The notes under the pieces were generated by a model. The model was not told where the DNA came from and did no database searches. It saw only the letters and a list, made by a program, of their open reading frames with translations. Shown in pieces: positions 20,816-29,762 of a stretch of DNA of 64,000 nt. The DNA comes from Nanobdellota archaeon. Lineage in GTDB: Archaea > Nanobdellota > Nanobdellia > Pacearchaeales > GW2011-AR1. The stretch spans positions 1 to 64,000 of the forward strand of contig JBBSXO010000002.1 of assembly GCA_038045705.1 (NCBI GenBank), in the 5' to 3' direction. The position numbers and the translations under genes were made by a program. Within the stretch, counting starts at the first letter, position 1; every line of letters starts with the position of its first letter.

Positions 20816-21007
20816 ATGAAAGGCAAAATAAAGTTCTTTAACGATATCAAAGGATTTGGATTTGTTACAGGCGAAGACGGAAAAGACTATTTCGTTCATA
20901 GCACTGGTATGACCCCTGGAACATCTTTAACAAAAGATGACGAAGTAACCTTTGAAATCGAGCAAGGCGACAAAGGTCCAAAAGCTGTTAAAGTTAAGAA
21001 AGCTTGA
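20816..21007 (+). CDS. cspA: Cold-shock protein
   Basis: RNP1 KGFGFV, RNP2 YFVH, KGPKA. Confidence 0.95.
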   Translation: MKGKIKFFNDIKGFGFVTGEDGKDYFVHSTGMTPGTSLTKDDEVTFEIEQGDKGPKAVKVKKA

Positions 21008-21047
21008 TTAAAAATTGTTTTATAGTTCAATTTATTGACTTTTTTAA

Positions 21048-21168
21048 TCACAAAACTCTGATGAGTTCTCTAGTGTTTTGTGAGTACAGTTGAAAATATA
21101 CAACATACTAACTCCAATCTTTAAATTGGAGATTTCAACTAGTATTAATTAATATCCGTTGAAATCTC
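21048..21168. other. Cluster of inverted repeats in the intergenic region
   Basis: TCACAAAAC/GTTTTGTGA (21048-21083), CTCCAAT/ATTGGAG (21112-21131), GAGATTTCAAC/GTTGAAATCTC (21129-21168). Confidence 0.6.
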
Positions 21169-21306
21169 AAAACTATTAGTAAAATCTAGAGTTAAAACCT
21201 ATAAAGTTTGGATTTACATTAATCCTTGTTGTATTAGTTTATTTGTGACCCTTATACTCCTAGGTCTAGACGCATAATCTTGAAGTTATCTTGAACTGTT
21301 TTATTC

Positions 21307-21843
21307 TTAGATCAACTCTTTTTGTATTAACTTATGAGCTCCATTAATCTTCTGAAACATCTCATGATTTCCTTCTGGCATATCTGGATGATATTTCTTT
21401 GCTAAATTCTTGTATTTCTTGCTTATTACTTCAAAATCTTTCTCATTTTCATCTACATCTAATGTTTTTCTTGCCTCTATAAGTTGGTTAGGTAAATCAT
21501 CATCTTCAGAAAACTCTTGTTTAAATTCATCAAGAGTTATCTCTCCATCAATTAGTTTTTGTATATAAATTTTTAGAATTTTATCAATAACTGCCATGTT
21601 CTCAACAAACTTAGGCATTAAAGAATAAGTATATTTCAGGTTTCTACCGTCAAAATAAAAAGATGCAGAAGCAGGGGCTTTTTTACGAGCAATCATCTCA
21701 AGTTTTATTTCAGTGTCATAACGAGTAAGACCCAAAAGTCCAAGAGTATCTATGATGCTATTCTTAAGTTGAATAGCCCTCCTATCAAAAGAAGTCTCTA
21801 TATTAGGAGCTTCTATCTCATTTCCTTTAATCTTAATAATCAT
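21307..21843 (-). CDS. Protein with C-terminal DnaJ (J) domain
   Basis: YKNLAKKYHPD...FQKINGAH. Confidence 0.85.
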   Translation of the reverse strand: MIIKIKGNEIEAPNIETSFDRRAIQLKNSIIDTLGLLGLTRYDTEIKLEMIARKKAPASASFYFDGRNLKYTYSLMPKFVENMAVIDKILKIYIQKLIDGEITLDEFKQEFSEDDDLPNQLIEARKTLDVDENEKDFEVISKKYKNLAKKYHPDMPEGNHEMFQKINGAHKLIQKELI

Positions 21844-21924
21844 AAAAAGATACCAAAAAATCGGTATTTAAAGTTCTCTAATTACTTACTTTGAGATTTT
21901 ACCTTATCTAACTATAAAATCTAT

Positions 21925-22239
21925 TCACCGATGAATACAACCAGCCCAACAACAAGGCCTTCGTTTTCCTTCCATAAGTTCTGTGCATGTCCTTTCGATT
22001 CTATGAGTTCTAGTCTCCGTTTTCTTAGCGTCCTCAATCCAGCAGATAAACTCGTTCCTAGCAAGGGGTGTAATATCATTCCATGCCTCTCTTGCTTTTG
22101 GGAAAGAAGTAAGAACTATCTTTAAATCAGCTGGTACTTTATGCACCACACCTGATGAAATCTCTTTTTTCATAATAATAATATTCATCAAGATTTTATA
22201 AAAATATGCTCGAGACGAACCTATGACTCTTGGATTCAA
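21925..22239 (-). CDS. YdeI/OmpD-associated family protein (true start probably later, at MKKEIS)
   Basis: VPADL...TPLARNEFICWIEDAKKTETR..RI...GKRRPCCWAGCIHR. Confidence 0.8.
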   Translation of the reverse strand: MNPRVIGSSRAYFYKILMNIIIMKKEISSGVVHKVPADLKIVLTSFPKAREAWNDITPLARNEFICWIEDAKKTETRTHRIERTCTELMEGKRRPCCWAGCIHR

Positions 22240-22253
22240 TTGATGGAACTAAA

Positions 22254-22352
22254 TCAAACTAAAAAAATCTTATTCATGGCTTCTTTAATTTTAGGAATAT
22301 CGTTCTTTACAATATTCCAAACCATATGCATACTTACTTCATAGTAGCTATG
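22254..22352 (-). pseudogene. C-terminal remnant of a DUF86/HepT-type HEPN protein
   Basis: Translates as HSYYEVSMHMVWNIVKNDIPKIKEAMNKIFLV*, like the H-x-Y..VW..V..D-IP end of DUF86; no start codon or N-terminus. Confidence 0.55.
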
Positions 22353-22360
22353 CCATATAA

Positions 22361-22705
22361 CTAAATACTGAAGCCTTCAGGACCTAAATTTGTTAATATC
22401 TTCTTTATCTCATTGATTGTTTCTTGTTGATCTTTTTTATTTGACATTCTAACAAATCTTATTAGCAAATCAACTAAATTTGCCTCATCCATGACCTTTA
22501 GTTTGTATCCATCTGTAATAAAGTAAAATCTAAAATTTTTATATTTTAATTCTTTTATTACTATTCCTCCAACTTGGCCTAACATTTTGCCCTTTTTTGG
22601 ATTATTCTCCAAAGTTTCTAATAAATCAATAATTTCGTGTGCTTCTCCTTTAAATTTTTTCTGAATTTCTTCAAATAAAGATTTGATTATTTCGACCTTG
22701 GCCAT
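22361..22705 (-). CDS. Putative RelE/ParE-like toxin
   Basis: LENNPKKGK...IKELKYKNFRFYF; overlaps a small upstream partner gene. Confidence 0.55.
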   Translation of the reverse strand: MAKVEIIKSLFEEIQKKFKGEAHEIIDLLETLENNPKKGKMLGQVGGIVIKELKYKNFRFYFITDGYKLKVMDEANLVDLLIRFVRMSNKKDQQETINEIKKILTNLGPEGFSI

Positions 22706-22899
22706 TTTTTATTCAACTCTTTTCTAGCCTCTTCTATAGAAATAGTGCCTTCTGAGGAAAGTAGGAATTCTCTTAGTTGTTCTTTAACTGCTAGAGAATA
22801 AATTCTTTTAAGAATTTCTTCATAACTTTCATTCTTTGTTCCAAATGAAGAGAGCTTATCTTTCATTTCTTTGCTTAATTGAATTGTTGTTATGTCCAT
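22687..22899 (-). CDS. Putative antitoxin / small DNA-binding protein
   Basis: TTIQLSKEMKDKL...ESYEEILKR N-terminus and ISIEEA tail typical of archaeal antitoxins. Confidence 0.6.
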   Translation of the reverse strand: MDITTIQLSKEMKDKLSSFGTKNESYEEILKRIYSLAVKEQLREFLLSSEGTISIEEARKELNKKWPRSK

Positions 22900-22977
22900 T
22901 TTAACCTATAGTCACCATAGTAGCTATAGTTTATAAATCTTTTCATTAGTTTTAAACTCTTGCGGTAAAACTTCAGT

Positions 22978-23047
22978 GTTTACATGTACCTAAGAAATGA
23001 AGATACTAAAAGTCGAGTAGTCAGCAATTCGATTTTCCCTGAGACCA
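22978..23047 (+). pseudogene. Degenerate copy of the intron-containing tRNA-Val(TAC)
   Basis: GTTTACAT..AAGAAATGAAGATACTAAAAGTCGAGTA..TTCGA..GAGACCA aligns with the anticodon, intron and 3' exon of 62389-62489. Confidence 0.7.
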
Positions 23048-23100
23048 TTAATTAAGAGATATTATAAACCTTAATTGCCTTAACAATTAAAGAAAGTAAA

Positions 23101-24195
23101 ATGAAAAAGAGATTTATAATAATTGGGACAATTATTGTAGTTATAGTATTACTTCTTGTATTAAAACAACTTACAAATCCAGAAAAAAACGAGTTAAATA
23201 CACAGACAATGCAAAATGAACAAATAAACCAGCAAAGTCCAGGAAATGTAAGAAATGAAGAAGAAACAAATTGTCCTCCGGTGTTTAGTTATGAATTCAC
23301 AGACTTTTCAAAGATTGATGCATTTCAGCCTATCGGTTCAATCGCAGGAGCATCACGTGGCAGAAGTTATATTAATGTAAAAAATGGGGTGAGCGTACCA
23401 GTCTATGCTCCTATGGATGCTACTTTAGTTTCAATAATCTATGCATATCGCGGACCTGAAGCAGATCATGGAGAATATGGATTAAAATTTGATACTAAAT
23501 GTGGTGTGATCTTTCTTCTTGATCATTTAGATTCTGCATCAGATGAAATAAAAAAATATGCTCCAGCAGAACCAGTTAGATCAACAGCTACGAATGACAA
23601 TTTAGCAATTCCAATAAAAGCTGGAACTCTTTTAGGTTATACTGATGGCACTCCTCAAGCAAGGACTTTTGACTTTTTAGTAATAGACCAAACAAAAAAA
23701 GCTTATTATATTAATCCAGAAAGATGGAAATGGGAACAATCTCTTTATTCAGTTTGTCCTTATGATCTCTATACAGAGGATTTAAAGGAAAAATATTATC
23801 AAAAAATAGGAGTAGCATATGATGGCGGTTTTAAAAAAGCTGAAAATTGTGGAAACCCTTCATATGACGTTGAAAACACAATTTCAGGAGGGTGGTTTCT
23901 AGACGAACAAGCCACAGATCTTAAAGGAGAATTCCTGTTAATAGGAAAAGCAATGGGCTCTGTTGATGTAGTGGTTAAAGAAGAGAGCGAGGGAACAAAA
24001 TTAAGAATAACAGATAATAATCCAGAGAAAAACCCAATAGATATTGGAATTGGCGAATCAGTTTGTTATGAAGGATTTAACAATAATTGGGCATATCTTC
24101 ATTTAGTTGATAAAACAACAATTGAATTATCTAGCGGACAAGGCGAATGTCCGTCATCTTTTCCTCAAACTAATTCAAAGAAATATTATAGATAA
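23101..24195 (+). CDS. Secreted/membrane-anchored protein with M23-peptidase-like region
   Basis: N-terminal TM; PVYAPMDATL...LDHL...IKAGTLLGY resembles the M23 scaffold; HxxxD not evident. Confidence 0.5.
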   Translation: MKKRFIIIGTIIVVIVLLLVLKQLTNPEKNELNTQTMQNEQINQQSPGNVRNEEETNCPPVFSYEFTDFSKIDAFQPIGSIAGASRGRSYINVKNGVSVPVYAPMDATLVSIIYAYRGPEADHGEYGLKFDTKCGVIFLLDHLDSASDEIKKYAPAEPVRSTATNDNLAIPIKAGTLLGYTDGTPQARTFDFLVIDQTKKAYYINPERWKWEQSLYSVCPYDLYTEDLKEKYYQKIGVAYDGGFKKAENCGNPSYDVENTISGGWFLDEQATDLKGEFLLIGKAMGSVDVVVKEESEGTKLRITDNNPEKNPIDIGIGESVCYEGFNNNWAYLHLVDKTTIELSSGQGECPSSFPQTNSKKYYR

Positions 24196-24374
24196 AAAAT
24201 AATTAAACTAATTAAGTTATATTATTATTTTAAGTCTAGGAAATATGTTATGGTTTACACCAAGGATATGGTTTTACTAACCAATATTAATAACCTTTTT
24301 ATTTACTTAAATAAAACAAAAGATTAATTATATATATTAAATGTCTCTTGAGATCATGGAAATAAAAATCTTTC

Positions 24375-24764
24375 TTAATTTAAGAAAGTTTGAGCATAAT
24401 TAATATATTCTCCGGTTAAAAAAAGAGTTCTTTTTTTACCATCTGGTCCTATTGGCTTTCTTTCAGGACTATTAAAGTATCCAATGCCCATTTCTCCTTC
24501 TTTGAACTTAGAGTGTTCTCTTAAGAGATTTCGATAACTCCTCAATTGTCTTAATCCAGGCTTTAGACGATGAATATAGTCTTCTATTCTCTCACCATCT
24601 TCTCTAACATGTAATCTCACTGCACTTAATGAAGCACAAATATTCCCAATAATGTGGCAAAAATGTCCTTGATTTCCTTTATTTTCTTCAATAAGGCTCT
24701 CTTGTAGATCTCTGCCTGCTTTAGCTACTCTCTCAAATCTTCTCAATATTTTTTCCGTATCCAT
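24375..24764 (-). CDS. Hypothetical protein
   Basis: 129-aa ORF with upstream TTTAAA. Confidence 0.6.
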   Translation of the reverse strand: MDTEKILRRFERVAKAGRDLQESLIEENKGNQGHFCHIIGNICASLSAVRLHVREDGERIEDYIHRLKPGLRQLRSYRNLLREHSKFKEGEMGIGYFNSPERKPIGPDGKKRTLFLTGEYINYAQTFLN

Positions 24765-25051
24765 AAAAGACCTAAAAAATAACTCTTTTTAAACATAACT
24801 AAAACTACTAGTTCTGAGAGTAAGCCTACTCCACCATTAGCGTTAAACCTGTTCTCGAGCCTATTGGTATACCAAGTCCAGAGCATAGCTTTACTTAATT
24901 TGACCAGCCATTGCTTTATATTATTACAAGGACTTTCCTCGTTAAAGAATTTAAAATGTTCTTATTCTCCATTAGATAAATCATCTTACTATTTACACAA
25001 ATAACCTAATTTTTACTTAGCAAGTCTTCACCAGAAAAATCCCTATAAAAA

Positions 25052-27919
25052 TCATTCACCACAACCACTACGCTGTGTAGTATTGCAAGAACTACATTTA
25101 ATCGCGCAATTGCCAATTCTCTTCGCAGGGCCACCGCACAAACCACAGACTAAACCCTCATCACTTGTAAAAGATATTAAGTCTTTTTGTTCTTCATTCA
25201 CTAATGGATTTTCCATTTGAGGAATTTCTAACTCTATTGCTTGAGCTTTCCCAAATGTATTCAACATAAATTGTGCAATATAATCTACAATACTTGATGC
25301 TGTTCTGATTGGGGATTGCATCTCATCTAAGGCTCCGCGTTCTTCAGCATTCCTAACAAATCCGCTAGGTTCAAACTTCTGATGTCTAAATTTTCCGAAC
25401 AAATCTTTAACAGTTACACCATACTGTAAGTTCATTGACATAGATAATGCCCATGCATCAATCAGACCGCGAACAGTAGAACCTTGTTTTGCAATAGTCA
25501 CAAATATTTCTCCAGGACGACCATCATCATATAATCCTACAGTCAAGTAACCTTTATGGTCTGCAAGCTCAAACTTATGAGTTATAGACCTTCTAGTCTG
25601 AGGAAGCTGTTCCCTACTCTGTTTAACTGTTACAACATCTGCCTTCTTAGTCATCTCACCTTCTGTCTTCTTTACATTCAAAGGCTGACTTCTTTTTGAG
25701 TTCTCTCTATAAATTGCAACCGCTTTCAATCCTCTCTCCCAAGCAAACATGTAAGCATCCATTATCTCTTCAACAGTCGCAGATTCAGGCATGTTAATCG
25801 TCTTAGAGATAGCCCCAGATACATAAGGCTGACAAACCGCCATCATTAAAACATGACCTTTATAGTGAATAGATCTTTTACCTTTAGCAGCCTTGAAAGC
25901 ACAATCAAATACTGGTAAATGTTCAGACTTTAGGTAAGGAGTCCCTTCAATAGTATCATTCTTATTAATATAATCAAGAATGTTTTTAACATCATTTTCA
26001 CCATAACCTAGTCTATTCAAAGCAAGCCCGACAGAACGATTAACTATTTTCAACATTCCTCCGCCAGATAAGACTTTATACTTTACCATTGCAATATCTG
26101 GTTCGATCCCAGTTGTATCGCAATCAAGCATAAAAGATATAGTTCCAGTCGGAGCAAGTACTGTGGCTTGTGAGTTTCTAAAACCATATTGTTTACCAAG
26201 TTCATAAGCATCGCTCCATGAGTCCCATGCTTCATTTACCAAATATCTCAAATCATAAGGAATCTTATTTACATCAATATCTTTAACATGATCGCGATGC
26301 ATCTTAATTACTTCTAACATTGACTCGCGATTTTCATTATATCTTGGAAATGGTCCAACAATAGAAGCAATGTTTGCAGATGCCTTGTAAGCTTGTCCAC
26401 ACATCAAAGCAGTTATTGCAGCACTAACTGCACGACCTTCATCTGAATCATAAGGTAATCCAAAACTCATAAGTAAGGCACCTAAGTTAGCATATCCAAG
26501 TCCAAGAGGACGAAAATCATGAGAATTCTGAGCTATCTTTTCAGTTGGGTAACTAGAACCATCAACTAACAATTCCATTGATGTGATAAATCTATCAACT
26601 ACTTTCTTAAATGATTCAGTATCAAACTTTCTATCATTATTCAAAAACTTCATCAAATTAATTGAAGCCAAATTACAAGCAGAGTCATCTAAAAACAAAT
26701 ATTCAGAACATGGGTTAGAAGCATTTATTCTTCCTGAAACTTTAGAGGTATGATATTTGTTAATTATTGTATCGAACTGCATTCCAGGGTCACCACAAAC
26801 ATGTGTTCCTTCAGCTATTTTGCGCAAAATATCTTTGGCCTTAAAAGTTTCGCAGACTCCACCAGTTCTGACAAACTTAGTCTGCCATTCCCCATCTGTT
26901 TTAACCGCATCCATAAAATTATCAGAAGCCCTAACTGACATATTACAGTTCTGAAAAGCAACACTTGCATAGGCTTCACCATTCATCCCACCAGAATATC
27001 CTTGCTCTATCAATGCCCAAGCTTTTCTTTCTTCTTTCTGTTTAGATTCAATAAAATCAAGAACATCAGGATGATCAACATTAAGAATTTCCATCTTAGC
27101 AGCACGCCTAGTCTTGCCCCCAGATTTAATAGCTCCAGCGTAAGCATCATAGCCCTTCATAAAAGACATAGGACCACTAGACCTTCCACCACCAGTTAAC
27201 TTTTCCTTACTGCTCCTAAGAGTAGAACGGTTAGTTCCAGTCCCACTTCCAGCTTTAAATAAATTAGCTTCAGCAACTTGAACAGCCATTATAGAGTCCA
27301 TTGTGTCTTCCATGCTTTGTATAAAACAAGCAGAACATTGAGGTCTATCCATTGTCTTCTGAGATTTTATAATTTTATCACTAATAGAATCCCAAACATA
27401 AGCAGAAACTCCTCCTGCATTAGAATCATACTCTTGAATTCCAACGTTAAACCAAACAGGAGAGTTAAAAACAGCCATTTGATGCAAACAAATAGAAGCT
27501 ACCTCATCTCTCAAAGAATCAGCTTGTTCTTGATTGAATAGTTTCTGTTTAACAGCTTGTCTTCCAATAAATTTAGAAACCCTGCTAATAATTTTTTCAA
27601 CAGAATCTTCTCGTTCATTTTTTACCTGATCCCCCCAGAAATATTTACTAGCAACAACTTTCAAAGCAAGAGAGCTCCAAAATTCAGGTTTCTTAACATT
27701 TTTTTGAGTAAATACAACTTTCCCCATATCATCTGTAACCGCAACATCTTCACTAACCCAGTTAATCTCATTTCCATACATATTGTATCTAAAAGCATCC
27801 CTTCCAAGCTTAGTAAAGTATCTATCGACTAAAGAATTTGGATTTGCAAAATCAGAGGCCTGTTTTGAAACAAATATAGAAGAATTTTTATCTTCAGATT
27901 CGTTGTTTTCAAGGCTCAT
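25052..27919 (-). CDS. nrdJ: Class II (adenosylcobalamin-dependent) ribonucleotide reductase
   Basis: PQCSACFI, SNPCSEY, ACNLAS, LAPTGTIS, C-terminal TSCPD-like domain and Zn ribbon. Confidence 0.95.
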   Translation of the reverse strand: MSLENNESEDKNSSIFVSKQASDFANPNSLVDRYFTKLGRDAFRYNMYGNEINWVSEDVAVTDDMGKVVFTQKNVKKPEFWSSLALKVVASKYFWGDQVKNEREDSVEKIISRVSKFIGRQAVKQKLFNQEQADSLRDEVASICLHQMAVFNSPVWFNVGIQEYDSNAGGVSAYVWDSISDKIIKSQKTMDRPQCSACFIQSMEDTMDSIMAVQVAEANLFKAGSGTGTNRSTLRSSKEKLTGGGRSSGPMSFMKGYDAYAGAIKSGGKTRRAAKMEILNVDHPDVLDFIESKQKEERKAWALIEQGYSGGMNGEAYASVAFQNCNMSVRASDNFMDAVKTDGEWQTKFVRTGGVCETFKAKDILRKIAEGTHVCGDPGMQFDTIINKYHTSKVSGRINASNPCSEYLFLDDSACNLASINLMKFLNNDRKFDTESFKKVVDRFITSMELLVDGSSYPTEKIAQNSHDFRPLGLGYANLGALLMSFGLPYDSDEGRAVSAAITALMCGQAYKASANIASIVGPFPRYNENRESMLEVIKMHRDHVKDIDVNKIPYDLRYLVNEAWDSWSDAYELGKQYGFRNSQATVLAPTGTISFMLDCDTTGIEPDIAMVKYKVLSGGGMLKIVNRSVGLALNRLGYGENDVKNILDYINKNDTIEGTPYLKSEHLPVFDCAFKAAKGKRSIHYKGHVLMMAVCQPYVSGAISKTINMPESATVEEIMDAYMFAWERGLKAVAIYRENSKRSQPLNVKKTEGEMTKKADVVTVKQSREQLPQTRRSITHKFELADHKGYLTVGLYDDGRPGEIFVTIAKQGSTVRGLIDAWALSMSMNLQYGVTVKDLFGKFRHQKFEPSGFVRNAEERGALDEMQSPIRTASSIVDYIAQFMLNTFGKAQAIELEIPQMENPLVNEEQKDLISFTSDEGLVCGLCGGPAKRIGNCAIKCSSCNTTQRSGCGE

Positions 27920-28126
27920 TATTTTTTGTTTTCTCCTTTTTATCGAATGTAAAAAACACTTCATCGCTCATTTCTTACAATCTGATTTCTCAATACAAAA
28001 TCTATATTTAAACTTTTATGTAATTCACTATTTATCTAATTAATTTTTCAGTAGTAATGTTCGTTTTACTGTAAAAAATAAAAATTTTTCAGAAAGTTAT
28101 TTAAACCAAAACTATTTATTAAAATT

Positions 28127-28381
28127 ATGAATCCATTACTAAGTGATTATCAATTTTTGGCAAATATCCCCCCAATTCTGTTAGCAATAGTATTGATTTG
28201 GTCTTTAATTTGGAAAGGTCTTGCATTATGGAAAGCTTCAAAAAGAGATAGTAAGGGTTGGTTTGTGGCAATTTTAATAATTAACACAGTAGGTATTTTA
28301 GAAATTCTCTATTTCTTTCTGTTCTCAAAGATAGATTTAGATGAAAAGAATAGTAAATCTAAAGTGAAGAAAAGAAAGTAA
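28127..28381 (+). CDS. Small membrane protein (DUF5652-like)
   Basis: WSLIWKGLALWKAS..WF..INTVGILEILY. Confidence 0.75.
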   Translation: MNPLLSDYQFLANIPPILLAIVLIWSLIWKGLALWKASKRDSKGWFVAILIINTVGILEILYFFLFSKIDLDEKNSKSKVKKRK

Positions 28382-28383
28382 TT

Positions 28384-29295
28384 TTATTTAGCAGTTTCAG
28401 TAAACTGGACGTCGTCGGGTAAAAAGAGAACTGCCTTTTTCTGAATTTCTTCATAGCTTTTTATGAGCTCATCGTAATTTGTGTTATTATCTTTTTTATA
28501 ATTACACCAATCACAATATCTACCATTGCAAGATGGCCATTCAGTTGTAGACTCTATCTTTTTTATCAATTCAATGGTATCATACCTTAATTTATCAAGT
28601 TGTTCAGGAGTTCTTTCAGAAACGACCTGTTTATTAAAATTAAGGAAATGCCAAATTAATTTTACCTTTATTTCTTTTCCAAATGCTTCTTTTAATCCAA
28701 TATGGTACAGTGCAAGTTGTCTATCATTCTCAAAGTCCTCTTTCTTTTTCATGGACTGATTTGTCTTATAATCATGAACTTCATAAGTTCCATCCTCAGC
28801 CATATCTAACCTATCTATAAATCCTTGAATTTTATATTTTCCTTCTGGGTCTAATGAGAATAAGACTTTACGTTCTATAGCCAAAACATTTTGCTTAAAC
28901 GGTTTGTTCTTAGTATAATAATCTGTCAAAAACCTAACCCCTTTATTATAAGCTTGAATATCATCTCCATCCTCTGCTCTTAGACTTTCATCTTGAAGAA
29001 GAGAAATCCATCGTTCAGTAAAGTATTCCATTAATTCATCAATACTAACTTCTCTATGTTTTACCTGGTAGTATAACCATTCCAAAGCCTCATGTACAGC
29101 ACTCCCCAAAAAGAGAGGAATTGTAGTAGGCATTTGAGGTGCTTTCTTATCAATATATTTCAGTTTGTAAAATTCAGGGCAACTCTCGTAAAGCCACAAT
29201 CGAGAGTGTGAATAGATAGTTTCACCACTCCCATTACTCGATTTTCTCATCACCATGTTACAGACACAAAAATGTCTATTATAAAAATCTATCAA
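28384..29295 (-). CDS. PD-(D/E)XK RecB/Cas4-like nuclease
   Basis: YESCP, GSAVH, GFIDRLD, DYKT, QLALY, C-terminal C-x4-C-x2-C. Confidence 0.88.
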   Translation of the reverse strand: MIDFYNRHFCVCNMVMRKSSNGSGETIYSHSRLWLYESCPEFYKLKYIDKKAPQMPTTIPLFLGSAVHEALEWLYYQVKHREVSIDELMEYFTERWISLLQDESLRAEDGDDIQAYNKGVRFLTDYYTKNKPFKQNVLAIERKVLFSLDPEGKYKIQGFIDRLDMAEDGTYEVHDYKTNQSMKKKEDFENDRQLALYHIGLKEAFGKEIKVKLIWHFLNFNKQVVSERTPEQLDKLRYDTIELIKKIESTTEWPSCNGRYCDWCNYKKDNNTNYDELIKSYEEIQKKAVLFLPDDVQFTETAK

Positions 29296-29612
29296 TCATC
29301 AACAAGTCTATTTTTCTGAATCCAATCTCTCTTTGCCTGACAATGCATTTCTCGAGTAAGTCCATACCCCAGATCAATATCTGTATTTGTATATCCTGAT
29401 GGTTTTCTACATAGGGGTGGAAAATCTTGTTTCATTAAATCCATTGATGGAAATTCTCTTTTTCGATGAGTAAGACCAGATTTACCAATAGTTGCACGAT
29501 GAGTTATATAGTGTTCTTTTCCATTAGAATCTACAAAAAGTAATGCACTACAAATAATTCTATCCATTTCAATACAACTTAACATTTCTAATCTTTGGGG
29601 CATGAAAAACAA
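29292..29612 (-). CDS. Hypothetical protein
   Basis: ~103-106-aa ORF; no motif. Confidence 0.5.
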   Translation of the reverse strand: MFFMPQRLEMLSCIEMDRIICSALLFVDSNGKEHYITHRATIGKSGLTHRKREFPSMDLMKQDFPPLCRKPSGYTNTDIDLGYGLTREMHCQAKRDWIQKNRLVDD

Positions 29613-29654
29613 CTGAAACCATACATATTAAAATCTTTTTATAGCCTAAAACAA

Positions 29655-29732
29655 TTATCTTCCAGCAACTCTTCTATTTACTTTTCTCTTAAGAATTGCT
29701 TTTCTTCTCGATCTTCGAACTGTTTTCCTCAT
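29655..29732 (-). CDS. 25-aa highly basic peptide MRKTVRRSRRKAILKRKVNRRVAGR
   Basis: ATG-TAA frame, 13 of 25 residues R/K, TTTAAAAA ~25 bp upstream. Confidence 0.55.
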   Translation of the reverse strand: MRKTVRRSRRKAILKRKVNRRVAGR

Positions 29733-29762
29733 AATAAAATAAGTAAGAACTAATTTTTAAAC

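Noticed and set aside
21058-21096. CTGATGAG...GAAA as a hammerhead ribozyme core
   Set aside because: Could not build stem II closing onto GAAA, or stems I/III with a cleavage triplet
22207-22243. Possible tRNA 3' remnant (minus strand ...AATCCAAGAGTCATAGGTTCG)
   Set aside because: No pairing T stem or acceptor strand; too short to support
25052-27919. Intein in the ribonucleotide reductase
   Set aside because: Catalytic motifs are contiguous; the length is explained by the C-terminal TSCPD/Zn-ribbon domain
28384-29295. Cas4-like nuclease as a sign of CRISPR-Cas
   Set aside because: No repeat-spacer array or other cas genes seen; solo RecB/Cas4-like nucleases are common in archaea
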